From Octopus sinensis (lineage: Eukaryota): a DNA stretch of 64,000 nucleotides. The notes under the pieces are model-generated. The model was not told where the DNA came from. It ran no database searches and saw only the letters and a list, made by a program, of their open reading frames with translations. This document shows positions 1-12,717 of the stretch, one piece after another. The first letter of the stretch is position 1; every line of letters starts with the position of its first letter. The DNA is taken from positions 89,032,001 to 89,096,000 of the forward strand of contig NC_043004.1 in the NCBI RefSeq assembly GCF_006345805.1, written 5' to 3'. The position numbers were made by a program, and so were the translations under genes.

Positions 1-820
1 ATGTGGCGAGAATGGATGAAGATAGTTGTGTGAAAAAGTGCCACACCCTAGCGGTTGAGGGAACCTGTGGAAGAGGCAGACCCAGGAAAACCTGGGACGA
101 GGTGGTGAAGCACGACCTTCGAACTTTAGGTCTCACTGAGGAAATGACTAGAGACCGAGACCTCTGGAAGTGTGCTGTGCGCGAGAAGACCCGGCAGGAC
201 AAGTGAGTCCATAACCCGTGGCCTTCTACATGGGATGGAGCCAGCCTACGTATGCATACCTTCCCTTCTTGGGACACAAAACTCTACTTGTGAAGACGTG
301 ATGAGGCAAGTGAGGATCAGAATCGAAATCGATCAATGGAAATTGCGGATGTGCTACCAGTGCCGGTGGCATGTCAAAACTCTGCTTGTGAAGACCCGTT
401 GAGGCAAGTGACGATCAGAATCGAAATCGATCAATGGAAATCGATCAATGGAAATTGCAGATGTATTACCAGTGCCGGTGGCATGTAAGAGAACTTTCCG
501 TTTCGCGACCGTTGCCAGCACCGCCCCGTTTCGTGTCCATTGCCAGCCTCGCCTGGCCCTCGTGCCGGTGGCACATAAAAAGCACCATCCGTTCGTGGCC
601 GTTTGCCAGCTCTGTCTGGCACCAGTGCGGGTGGCACGTAAAAAGCACCCACTACACTCACGGAGTGGTTGGCGTTAGGAAGGGCATCCAGCCGTAGAAA
701 CACTGCCAGATTTGACTGGGCCTGATGAAGCCTTCTGGCTTCACAGACCCCAGTAGAACCGTCCAACCCATGCTAGCATGGAAAACGGACGCTAAACGAT
801 GATGATGATGATGATGATGA
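1..820 (+). mobile_element. 3' end of an RTE-clade LINE: ORF2 C-terminus (3-206), 3' UTR with internal tandem duplications, (GAT)n tail
   Basis: ORF 3-206 (RMDEDSCVKKC...GRGRPRKTWDEVVKHDL...RDLW) is the typical RTE ORF2 C-terminus. It is followed by a ~100-bp tandem duplication (~288-490), GC-rich ~60-bp units, the ggcgttaggaagggcatccagccgtagaaac block and a GAT tail at ~797-820. Confidence 0.9.
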
Positions 821-1959
821 TATATATAATCATTCTTAAAACAGTTTTATATTCATATTCTCTAATGCCATCATATCATTAGTGAAATTACAACAAGTAT
901 ATTTTAATAGTTTCCCATACATGCTAAGAATAAAATATACATTTTGAATTAGAGAAAAAAATTAACAAACAAGAAATGTAGAAAATTCGTTCAAAACAAA
1001 TCTAAATTTAGGAAAAAAAAAGAATATATTATATTACTATGATAAAAACTGTTTCTAACTACATAATACAGGCTTAAAAAGATATAATAAGACTGAGCAG
1101 CAGCAGATTACTGATAATATAATTAATAAATTGTAAACTTAAAGTTTTCACAAGAGAGTATTAAGTTTCAGTTTCGGTTCATTTCACCATCTTTCACTTC
1201 TTCCTCTTCATACAAGTACAGCAGCTAAAGCAATATTATTCATTTGCTTTATATATATATATTACATGTATGTGTGTCTGTATTTATGTATGTACATACA
1301 TACGTATGTATGTATGTGTATGTGCATGTATATATGTATACTGAGACAGGCTTCAACTAGAATTGGTTCAGGCCATGACTAACTTAACAGCTTAGCCACA
1401 GCCTTTAGGCTGAAATATATAAAAGAATGTGTGTGTGTGTGTGTGTGTGTGTGTGGATATGTTATGTATGTAACTGTGTATCTGTTTTAAGACAGATATA
1501 TTAAAATATTTCATGGGCAAACTAACATGTAATTTATTAACCTACATAATATCTAAGCCCCTGAATAGGTTTTGGGCTTAATCTGTGGTCATAAAACATC
1601 ATTCTATCACTTCTATATTTGTTCGTGAATATTGTTTAGATGTCTACATGTGAAGTCTACATGCATGTGTGTGTTTGTTTATAAGACATATACAAATATA
1701 AAAAACCCGTGATCATAACTTTTTAAAATTAGAATAATATAAATAAATGACTATAACTAACTTGCTTTCCGGAACTTGCTTTCAGCCTAAAATTTAATAG
1801 AGAAAAAGAAAAGTTGTTATTGAAAATGTAAGGTATAAAATTTTTAAACAGGAAAAGAATACTTCATATTTCATTATCACATAACATTTATTATCAATGG
1901 TTTCACAGATCTGATTAGTATACAGATGCTTCTCTATCGCAGGTGTGTGTGTTTGTATA

Positions 1960-1990
<31 letters not shown>

Positions 1991-2040
1991 CAACAACAAA
2001 TATATATATATGCATATATATATATAACAACAAATATATA

Positions 2041-2531
2041 CAGTCCTTTGTTTAAGAGATGAGGAATTATGTATATTATTTACATTTGACAGATATTTGT
2101 CCTCATCTTGTTTGTTGTTAACACAACATTTCAGCTGATATACCCTCCAGAATTCATCAGGTGTCTTGGGGAAATTTCAAACCTGGGTTCTCATTCTTAA
2201 GGCACTTTTCGATGTTGTTATTATTATTCAGATCACTGCCTGGAATCAAAGTTGGAATCCTGTGGTTAGTAGCCCGCGCTCTTAACAACGATGCCTACAG
2301 GCATATAGTGTAGTGATTAAGAGCACGGGCTACTAACCCCAAGATACCCAGTTCGATTCCAGGAAGTGACCTGGATAATAATAATAATAATAACATTGAA
2401 AAATGCCTTAGGAATGAGAATCCAGGTTCGAAATTTCCCCAAGACTCCTGATGAAGGCTGGAGAGTACATCAGCCAAAACGTGTTAACAACAAACAAGAT
2501 GAAGACAAATATTCGGCAAATGTAAATAATG
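2041..2531. mobile_element. Head-to-head palindromic tRNA-head/hammerhead-like retroelement, copy 1
   Basis: ~230-bp imperfect inverted arms centred on atgcct-ac-aggcat (~2291-2304). Each arm has an A/B-box tRNA-like head, (TAA)n and a CTGATGA..GAAAC-like motif. Flanked by the 12-bp direct repeat aacaaatatata (2029-2040, 2532-2543). Confidence 0.8.
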
Positions 2532-4582
2532 AACAAATATATATCTTAGGTCTTGGCATGGTATAAAAGTAGGGTATTTCTAGAGAAGCACTCAACCTGA
2601 GTTCTGGGTTATCAACACTGTCACATTCCAGAAACTACAATTCTTGTTAAATATAGCTACCCAGGGTTTCCTGGTTGAAACATTAATTTATTTCCCAATT
2701 TTTTTTTTTTTTCAAACAGATAACAAGACTGCTTGTCAGTTTCTTTTTAAAACAGGTGACATTTAAACAAGGGACACTGATAAGGAAGAGGACGAAAAGA
2801 AAAACACAAGGGAAGTAAATCAGTGAAATAAATTAATGTTCCAACCAGAAAACCCTGCGTAACTGTATTGAACAAGAGTTGTGGTTTTTGTAACATTATC
2901 ATCATTCTCTTTGCTGGTCAAGTGCCATTCTACTTGTTGAACCCTTACCACATAATATGTCTTTTACTTATTTCACTTGGATTGTGGCCATGCTGGAGTA
3001 CCACCATGAAGGGTTTTAGTTCAATAGATCTACCCCAGTGCTAGTTATTTTCCTAGTCTCTTTTGCTGAACTACAAACGAAACTGACACCAGCTATCAAG
3101 CAGTAGTAGGGAGACACACACACACACACATAAATATATATATATATTCATATGTATGTATACATACACAACAGGCTTCCACTTGTTTCTATCTATCAAA
3201 TTCATTCACAAGGCATTAAATGATCCAACTGAAGGGTGCATAGTATTGAGAGAGATGCTTTATACCGGGTTATAAGAAAATTATAGAATGAAACAGAATT
3301 TATTGTTTTCCTTTCCAAAATTTAACTGGTCATGGATGGATGGATGGATGGATGAATGAATGAAACAAGAGATTTAGATTACTGTTTTGTTTTTTTTAAA
3401 GATGACCACGCTGCCACCAAAACAGCAAAAGGAAAACTGAAGCAACCAGAACAAATAGGCCTTGACAACGAATACAAGATTTCTATACTAACATCAAAGC
3501 CCTTAACCATAAGTTACTAAGTAATTTTAGTCTAGACAAAAACATTTTTAATTAACAAGTCTAACTTTTGCAAACTATTCACACCTTTCTTTGACGTACT
3601 TCTCAACAAAAATTAAACCAAACTACATTATACTTCAGTTTAACTTAAAATAAGATGTCATGTTAAAACATTACTCAAAGCATATAACAGTCTTGAAATA
3701 CTCCCAATCAGGTCGAAATTGGGTGAATCTTGGAGTAGGAAAAGTATTTTGAAATACATGTCATTAAACAATTCAAACAAGTGAACATTTGAGTGACAGA
3801 GTAACTGAACTATAGAACAAAACTATAGTGAAGAATAGAAAAGAAACAAAATGAAATGTCACTAAGAATTGTGGAAGATTTCATTCAATCACAACAGAAT
3901 TTAGCTGACTTGCAGTACATGGTAGTGACTTTCATCAACTCAATATTTATATGTGCAGTTTTAAATTTACATTCCAGTTTAATTCTAAAACAATGTAGAT
4001 AGTAGAAAGTATCCCTCCTTCCTCTCAAATACCCATTTATGGCATTTCTCCCATCATTATTCCCTTTCAAAATTTACATTTTGTGTGTACAAGCCTTCAC
4101 CTCCACCTACTATTCACAGTGGGAAGTAGTTGGGTAAATGACAAAGAGAGTATAGGATTATGAGCTCCCTTAGGCTTGTCTCACTAAGGATTCTTCAACC
4201 TCTCACATGTTGGTGCAACAAGAAAGCACACGCAGTACACCCTGTAAAGTGTTTGGTGTTAAAGATATCATCCCATTGTAGAAACTAAGCCAAATGGTAT
4301 GTACAAGTACCTAATCATAAAGGGGCAGCAGCTCCCAATAAGAGGTGATGCAGATCACAATGACCTGTCTAACACAGGATAGTTTGGAAATCAGACGTGA
4401 TAATGAGAAGATTAATTAGGTATATCATCATTTTACATCTGCTTTTCCATGCTGTGCTGGGATGTGTTTTCTAATGAAGTCTTTTGCATTCAGATGTCCA
4501 TCATGCTGGCAATCCTTGGAGTTGCCTTTTATGATAACACTATATCATTATGCAATAATATATACCACGACAAAGGTAGCAA

Positions 4583-4797
4583 GCTGGCAGAAATGTTAGC
4601 GCACCGGGCAAAATGCTCAGCAGCATTTCGTCTGTCTTTACATTCTGAGTTCAAATCCCACCAAGGTCGACTTTGCCTTTCATCCTTTTGGGGTCGATCA
4701 ATTAAGTACCAGTTGCATACTGGGGTCAATCTAATCGAATCTTCCCCCGGTTCCCTCAAAATTTCAGGCCTTGTGCCTAGAGTAGAAAAGAATACAT
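4583..4797 (+). mobile_element. tRNA-derived SINE (family D, ggcaagctggcagaa... head)
   Basis: tRNA-like head with a gagttcaaatcc B box. The body ending ggccttgtgcctagagtagaaaag recurs many times in the window. Confidence 0.75.
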
Positions 4798-5313
4798 GAT
4801 TCTCCAGAATAATGCACAAAGATTATTTGCTCAAATAACCTTTATACATGGTTCTGAAGAATCAATCTTTGGTTTTGTGTCTAGGACACTTCATGTATAA
4901 ATGGTTACATATAATATTGCATAATGTAGCAATGTTCATGAGACCAATGTTTGATGAAACATCTGCAAATAAATGAAATAAAAGGACTTGCTTACTCCAT
5001 TCTATTTAGGTTATAATTTTATATATATATATATATATCCGAGTTCCATATAGTGAGAGCAAGTGTACCAAATATAAGTTTAGTTGCTTTTTCATATATG
5101 ATTATACTAAGAATACATTTGGAATTTATGGATGCTTAAATACGCAGAAATAAAATATAAAATGAAAATGCTTGTTGCATTCAAAAGTATTTTTTTTATA
5201 AATATATCCACATGCACATACATAAACACAAGAAGAGAATAACAGTGGAGTGTAGGGGGAAAATTAACAAGTATCTTGCTATTGAAGGTTAAGTATGCCA
5301 GGAATTCACCAAC

Positions 5314-5394
5314 CTTTTCAGTATCCTTTTGTGATGCTCCTTCTTTCTTTAATCGTTCTAACTCAGACACTCGCGTATGATAAATTTCTTTGGC
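5314..5394 (-). CDS. FCHO2: FCHo1/2-like F-BAR protein, coding exon ([27 protein letters not shown])
   Basis: 81 nt, phase 0-0, tgttgtag acceptor and GTTGGT donor. Matches FCHO2 [27 protein letters not shown] (recalled sequence). Confidence 0.93.
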
Positions 5395-5473
5395 CTACAA
5401 CAGAAGAAAAGGAAACTTCTAGATATTGGAAACATTTTATAGTATTACATCACAAAAGGTCAACAGAAGATAC

Positions 5474-5504
<31 letters not shown>

Positions 5505-5509
5505 TAATC

Positions 5510-5689
5510 CTTTCTACTATAGGCACAAGGCCTGAAATTTAGGGGGAAGGGGCAAGTCGATTACATTGACCCCCAAAAGAATGAAAGGGAAAGTTGACGT
5601 CAGCAGAATTTGAACTCAGAACATAGCAACGGGTAAAATACTGCTAAAAATTTTGTCCAGTGTGCTAACAATTCTGCTAGCTTGCCACC

Positions 5690-5690
<1 letters not shown>
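5510..5690 (-). mobile_element. tRNA-derived SINE (family D) with (TAA)n flanks
   Basis: Reverse complement of the 4583-4797 element. Confidence 0.7.
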
Positions 5691-5720
<30 letters not shown>

Positions 5721-5721
5721 C

Positions 5722-5763
<42 letters not shown>

Positions 5764-5931
5764 TAAATAATAATAAATGTACTCTTATGTAAAAACCCTT
5801 TGTTTTATTTTTTCATACATAAAGGAAAAGGGATATGCAGTTGATGAAGTAATGTGCACATGTGGGAGAACACATACATACATGTAAAACATACACGCGC
5901 GCGCATGCGTGTGTGTGTGTGTGTGTGTTTG

Positions 5932-6290
5932 TGAGACAGCATGTGGCCCAGTGGTTAGGGTATTACACTTGTGATCATGAGATCATGGTTTCAATTCCTA
6001 GACTGCGTTGTGTTCTTAAACAAAATGCTTCATTGACACATTGCTCCAATCCAAACTGCTGAAAATTGGTAACCTTGCAATGGACTGGCAGAAGGACTGT
6101 TGGCCTGCCCACCTAACAAGCAGTGTGACGTTGTTCGAAAGCTACAACTCTGCAACAAAGTGCATTGTGACCAGTGATATATAACAACATCTGATAGTTT
6201 GGCCAGTGTTCTCCCACATGTACACACTACTTGATCAACAGTATATCCTTTATCCTTAATGTATAAAGAAATAAAACAAAGGCTTTTTAC
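5932..6290 (+). mobile_element. tRNA-derived SINE (family C)
   Basis: gtggcccagtggttagg A-box head and a cattgctccaatcc body shared with 20785-21110, 23975-24310 and 57303-57620. Confidence 0.6.
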
Positions 6291-6537
6291 ATAAGAGTAC
6301 ATTTATTATAATCATTGAGTGAGAGAGCAGTGCATGTCATCAAAGTGACACTGGGGTAAAATATACGAAGCCCAATATACCCATCTTGACCACCCATCTC
6401 ATAACGGTACACCAGACACGTACATCACAACCATGTGTGCATGACATGGTTATCTCATATCAAGATAAACAGCACATGACCTTGTAGGTGGGGCCCAGTC
6501 AGAATTTTCTTCAGGTTGAGGAGCCCAGCCCACTCAA

Positions 6538-6569
<32 letters not shown>

Positions 6570-7009
6570 GGTGGCAAAGCTAGTAAAATCATTAGAACAC
6601 TGGACGGAGTGCTTAGCAGTATTTCGCCCATGTACAACTAAGATTTGAATATATACAAAACATTTCTATCTAATGCTTGTAATGTTATATACCATATATT
6701 TTTTTATCAGTTTCATTTCTTGCACTCAGGCAGTGCTGAGACAGCACTTACATGGGTTTTAGCCAATTAGATCAATTCCACTATTTAATCTATTACTCAT
6801 TTTACAATCACTGTTTATCTAATAGCCTGACATTTTCCCTGATATCTCTTAGCAGATGCAACAATGGACCATGATAACAGTAGAGCCAGTCCAAATCGTT
6901 ATGGACAGACAAATGCAAGATGATATATATCATCATCATCATCATCATCATCAAATGTCCGCTCTCCATGCTGGCATGGATTGGACATGTGTGTGTGTGT
7001 GTGTTTATC

Positions 7010-7290
7010 ATCATCATCATTTAACGTCCATTTTCTGTGCTAGCACGGGTTGGACGGTTCAACCGGGGTCTGGGAAGCCAGGAGGCTGCACCAGGCTCCA
7101 GTCTGATCTAGCAGTGTTTCTACAGCTTGATGCCCTTCCTAATGCCAACCACTCCGTGAGTGTAGTGGGTGCTTTTTACATGCCACCGGTACAGGTGCCA
7201 GAGGAGGCTGGCAGTAGCCATAATCGGTTGGTGCTTTTCATGTGCCACCGGCACAGAAGCCAGTCAAGGCAGCGCTGGCATCGGCCCAGC
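7010..7290 (-). mobile_element. 5'-truncated RTE 3'-UTR copy
   Basis: (CAT)n-ttaacgtcc...gatgcccttcctaatgccaaccactcc, the reverse complement of ~640-820. Confidence 0.85.
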
Positions 7291-7328
<38 letters not shown>

Positions 7329-7572
7329 TACATACACACACACAAAATTATATAGTTATTGGTTGTCATCGTCATCATTGAACGTCCGCCTTCCATGCTC
7401 TCATGGGCTGGACAAACATATATACACACATACACATGGGTGAATATAAGAAAGATAACTGACTGTCTTAACCAAATACGTATGTGTACATGTGTGTGCG
7501 TATTTATATATTTCATGCTCACTTATAACTATCACATGTTGCCAAGACAAGGATACATACATGCAAACAAAT

Positions 7573-7604
<32 letters not shown>

Positions 7605-8052
7605 ACATATCTTCTTTCAGTTTTCATCTATCAAATTCACACACAAGGTATTGGTTGGCCCGAGAAGCAATAATGAGACTGAACCCAAGACCACATGGTT
7701 GGGAAGCAAGGTTCTTAACAAAGCCACAGCTACTGTGATATTAGAATATATCGTAGTATGCAGTTTGGATAAACACATTAAACTCTGATTTGGGGAAGTA
7801 TTTTTCTTGAAAGCAGTAAAAAGTAGTAATGATGTGCTGTCGGCCTCAAAGCACAGACATTCTCTGGTAGCGTTTTGGATGCTTTTGGTACCATAATATA
7901 GGAAGGTACGAAAATAATTGCGATAACTTATCAAGAAACATCCCAATTTATTTTACATTTGTCATTATCTCATATGTATCCAAACACACAAACACACATG
8001 CACACACACGTGAAGGATGAGAAAGAAAGGGAAAAAGAGAGAAATGATTTAC

Positions 8053-8124
8053 TTTATGAAGTGCTGTTGTGGTTTGCTGTATAGATTGTACAACCTCCAG
8101 TGTTGCTGATTCGGTTTCTTTCAT
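8053..8124 (-). CDS. FCHO2: FCHo1/2-like F-BAR protein, coding exon (MKETESATLEVVQSIQQTTTALHK)
   Basis: 72 nt, phase 0-0, atgtttcag acceptor and GTAAAT donor. Matches FCHO2 TKEEVAGTLEAVQTIQSITQALQK. Confidence 0.93.
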
Positions 8125-8947
8125 CTGAAACATGAAATATTTAAGATAATTAGCAATGTGCCCTTGAGAGAAAAAGCAAAATTATACCTGAATACATCTG
8201 TCAGTAGTACTGTAGTTTTGTTTGTTACAGTTAGCAGCCTGGCTTCTATTAGTAAACACTTCATTACTAACTAATCAAAGCAACAAGATTACTTTGTTTT
8301 ACTAAAGCCACCCTTTTGGTCAGGCGGTCACTCGTGCCAAAACTTATTGTAAATACTGAACAGAAACAACTAATGCTTCTAATTCTTTCTGTTTTATTCT
8401 ATCACCAATTACACCTGTTTTCTTTTCCTTTTCTGAAGGAAGGAAGGCAAGAAAATAAACTCGTTATATCTTTTGCTAGACAATACCTACAAACTTCAGC
8501 CACAGCCACACACACACACGCACACTCTCTCTCTCTCTCAACAGACAGTTTTCACGCCAATAGTTTGTACATTTGATACGGTGCCAAATGTGACTGACTG
8601 ACAAACCAGTCTTAAATAATGCCAGCATTATCGCTGTTATAACATCTTAAAATAGTGATAACCAATTACTGGTTTGATCAGAACATTTTGTTGTTGTTAA
8701 ATATTAAATATATAACAATAGCATCATCTTTCAAGGTCAATCAATGAATTTAAGAAAGAAGGACGATGCTGCTAACGAAAACTAAACATTCAGATATTGC
8801 TTTATTAAATACACAGAAGCCTCTATACCAGTAGTTCTAGGACTCACTTAGGAGCATTGTGAATTCACAAGGGGGTGGCTATTGACAAGGTGTTGTTGGA
8901 GTGTTAGGGGTTTGGAGAGGTCATGATATTTCTTTGAAATAAAATAT

Positions 8948-9410
8948 TTAACTCTTTTGATACCAACCTGCCCAGAATCACCAACCCCTGGCTCTATGAT
9001 ATAACCCTTCAGCATTCATATTACACAGTCAAAATTTAGAATTTATTCACATCATTTTGAATTAATCATGCATTAGCTTGTAGCTCTGACATCTTGATGA
9101 TGTGATTTTTTTTTGATTTTTTTTTTTTGTTAGAATGACATTGTAGGGTAGGTGTGACATACCAGATTTGGCTGGTTTAAACATAAAGCAGTAGAATGTG
9201 GGCTGGAAATGGCCAGATTAAATGCAAAAGGGTTAAAGAGCCTATTTTAAAATGATCAAAATTAAAACATGCCATCACAATTTTATGTTAAATTATACTT
9301 CAAACCCCAGCTTAATAAGGGCAAAGTTAATTTACTAAATTCTTTGTTGTTTAACTTAATTGAAATAAAATCAGTATATTTCAACAGAAATAAGGTAGCA
9401 AAAGTGTTAA
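8948..9410. mobile_element. Two nested piggyBac-like (TTAA) MITEs
   Basis: Outer element ttaactcttttgatacc...ggtagcaaaagtgttaa. It is interrupted by an inner aacccttcagcattc...gcaaaagggttaa element (~9003-9236) of the family seen at 11481-11700. Confidence 0.65.
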
Positions 9411-10140
9411 ACCAGGTACAATACTTCCATTTTAAACATATTTTCAGAAAAATATTTTTCAGAATTAGGTTATGAATAGGCATTGTGTTATCAGAGAACA
9501 GAATCATGACTGATGAAGTGCCAACGTCCAATTTAGTTTTGGTATGTAAGCCCTCACCTTCTTTAGTAATTTCCATAAAAATTTAATATAGAGGACACTA
9601 GTGAACATAAACATCTAAAAAGAGGCAAACATTGGATGAGATACAATAAACAAATATAGGTAATGAACCAGTGCATAGGCAAAATTTGCTTGCTGGATGA
9701 AGATAATCATGTGTGTGTGTGTGTGTATACACACACGATTAGCTTATCACCTCATTTCAAGGAATGGTATGGGGTGATACGCTAAAATAAGATAAATGAG
9801 AACCACCACTGTTCAGCACAATTACTTAACCTGCCCTATTTGAAACAGCAAGTAGATCTCCCTCTAAAATAGACATTGGACAATGTAGACTTTGATCAAA
9901 CTGCCTGAAAAAGAGACGAGATGTGGTTTGAATGCATTTCATCATAGATTTGTCCAATCAGAGATGACCTAGGGCTAAACAAGAACACAAAAATTGAATC
10001 ATATAAAGCCAGAGTTTCTCCAACTGGCTTCCATGAGAAATTATGATAAATAAGTTAATTAGATGCAAATGTATTTTTTACTCATATTTAAAATCCTAGC
10101 ATTTGTAGGTAATAAGGAGAGCCTACAGGAAAAACAGTTT

Positions 10141-10343
10141 TTAACCCTTTTGTTACCATATTCCTCATGAAATACACTTCATTTATGACAATTAATTTTG
10201 AAAGTCATAAGAATTTTATCAAAATATTTGTCACTATTAAGCTGGTGTTTGGGATATAAATTAACATGAAATTCTGACGAAGATGACAATTAAAACAAGA
10301 GAACTAAGGGTGGTTTCAGGAAGGTTGGTATCAAAAGAGTTAA
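10141..10343. mobile_element. piggyBac-like TTAA MITE
   Basis: ttaaccct-tttgttacc ... ggtatcaaaagag-ttaa ends. The same family occurs at ~20415, ~31200 and ~43740. Confidence 0.65.
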
Positions 10344-11480
10344 TAGGAAAGCATAGGTAAATTTCATCTAAACAAGAAGGCACACCATCAGTTATGATGA
10401 GTATTCCTGTTGATCTGATCAATGGAGCAGCCTGCTTGTGAAATTAATGTGAAGGTGGCTGAGTATTCCACAAAAACATGCATCTTTAACAACGGTGGTG
10501 CCCCAGCATGGCCGTAGCCTTCGGTTTGAAACATTTTTAAAGATTTAAGGATTTATAGTTTTCAAAGAAATTCAGCAAGACACAGAATGTGACAAGGTTG
10601 GCTTTTGAATTACAAGCACAACTCATTCTTGCCAGTTGAGTGGACTGGAGCAACATGAAATAAAGTGACTTGCTCAAGAACACAAGGCACCACCAGGAAT
10701 CAAACACACGACCTTATGATTGCAAGCCAAATACCCTAACCACTAAGTCATGCATATACAAGTTCTTGATTAAAATGAAATTCCATAAGCATTCTTATTG
10801 GCCTTTTACCAAACCTTTCTTATTGGCCTTTTGCCAAAATCTTTCAAAGACAGTTTTATGATTTGCTTAACTTCTTATGAAATCCAAATTTATGAAAGAA
10901 AATATAAAAGATTAATAGAGATGCTTAATGATTTTCATGTAAAGGTTCTCTGAGACATGGAATGTATTTCAAAAGTTCTCATTACCATTTCAATGTCAGC
11001 TTTTTTTTTTCTTTTTTTTTTTTAACTACAGTTAAACCATTTGAATGTTCAGTTAAAAAATATTCATGTACTTTAAACTTGCGTGGACAGAGAGAATACA
11101 ACTGGACTCTAAAAGGCATTTTTTAGCCATTCTGCTGCTGTTGACACATGCAACAGCTGGGGTGAATAATTTCCCTATGGAAAATCAATGAAGTTAATGA
11201 ATGAAATGGACAGAGATGGTGAGGTCAGACTTAAGGGTTGTTGAGTTTGACAGACAAAATGCAGCAGGATCATGCAAAATGATAATAAACAGTATTGCAG
11301 ATCAATATGACTCATATGGTCAGGTTTATTACTTCTTACTCTCTTGTTAATCTCAAAGGCTCTAAGAAATAGCATGAGCAATACATTCTTTCCCGACCGA
11401 GATGGAAAAAAAAAACCAACCAATACACAGTGCATGGTTGTGTAATTAAGACATAGGTGTGGGCATGACTGTGTGGTTAA

Positions 11481-11700
11481 CCCTTTAGCATTCAGAGTAC
11501 TCTGTCAACTGTAATGCTTATTTATCCACATTATTTCAAATTAATCATGCATTATCTCATAGCCTTGAGATTTGATGATCCGAATGTTTACATTTAGAAT
11601 GACATTGTAGGGTAGGTAAGAGAGGCCTTATCTGGTCAGTTTGAACATAAAATACATTCAAATATTTGGGCCGGATATAGCCTGTTTGAATGCTAAAGGG
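11481..11700. mobile_element. piggyBac-like MITE
   Basis: CCCTTTAGCA...TGCTAAAGGG terminal inverted repeats, with TTAA on both sides (11477-11480, 11701-11704). Confidence 0.85.
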
Positions 11701-11762
11701 TTAAGGAGCTTGCTTTGCAGCCAATTGGTTTTGGGTCTGGTCCCACTGCACAGCATCTTGAC

Positions 11763-12717
11763 CAGTGGTTCTCAAATTTTTCAAACAATTTTAAGTGCTG
11801 GTCCCCTTATAGTTTTGTTTTCAATGATTCACAGTCCCCTATAAAATGCAGGATAATCAATATGGAAAAAAATGACAAACATTCATGTTCCGTAATTTAC
11901 GGACTATGAACCGCATTGCCCATAGACATTGCTCTGAAAACCACAACTTAATCCAGGCAATGCCCCATTGGGATACAATAGATCATCATCATCATTGTTT
12001 AACATTCGTTTTCCATGTTAGCATGGGTTGGACGATTTGACTGAGGTCTGGCGAACCAGATGAATGCACCAGGCTCCAATCTTGATCTAGCAGAGTTTCT
12101 ACAGCTAGATGCCCTTCCTAACGCCAACCACTCCGAGAGTGTATTGGGTGCTTTTACGTGCCACCGGCACGAAATCCAGTTAGGCGGTACTGGCAACGGC
12201 CACACCCAAATTATGTTTTTTTTATGTGCCACCTGCACACCGGCACAAGTGCCAGTAAGGCGACGCTGGTAACGATCACGCTCGAATGGCACTTTTTACG
12301 TGCCACCAGCACAGACGCCAGCTAGCCGCTCTGGCAACGATCACGCTCGGATGCTCTTAGTGCTCCACTAGCACAGATGCCAGTCATCGAATTTGATTTC
12401 AATTTCACTTGCCTATACATGAAAATATGGGGAATTAGTCGATCAATTAGCTACAAAATAAATGAGTAACAAAAAATACCGACAGCACATGCATGATCAC
12501 CCGTTATGCCCGCATATTTTCTATCAGCCAATCATATTAGCAAATGAGTCTGTAGGAGTGGTGTGGGTTTTTGAGGCCAACAACAAAAAAAGATGATATG
12601 TGAAAAATTGAAAATCTTGAAATTTTTAAACTGCCTCAAGCCATCCCATTTTCACGATACTTCAGTGTCCCTTCATGGTCCCCTAGGGGACTGCTGACCC
12701 CAGTTTGAGAACCAGTG
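11763..12717. mobile_element. Non-autonomous hAT (Charlie-like) element
   Basis: TIRs cagtggttctcaaa / tttgagaaccagtg (1 mismatch). Perfect 8-bp TSD atcttgac (11755-11762, 12718-12725). Confidence 0.88.
11985..12415 (-). mobile_element. RTE 3'-UTR copy nested in the hAT element
   Basis: (CAT)n tail, the conserved gatgcccttcctaacgccaacc block and diverged ~60-bp units. Confidence 0.85.

Noticed and set aside
2300-2372. tRNA gene-like sequence (also 40430-40497 and the SINE heads)
   Set aside because: No proper acceptor stem or oligo-T terminator, and embedded in retroposons. These are tRNA-derived heads rather than tRNA genes.
3660-4000. Possible next FCHo exons (LECKFKTA...; acceptor at ~3810)
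   Set aside because: In-frame stops and no convincing match to the expected AxxKxKKA..Y..YVEKY or KFQ.IEE.H segments.
4840-4963. Strong minus-strand acceptor (ttttatttcatttatttgcag) with a downstream GT
   Set aside because: Stops in all three frames. It cannot be supported as an exon without transcript data.
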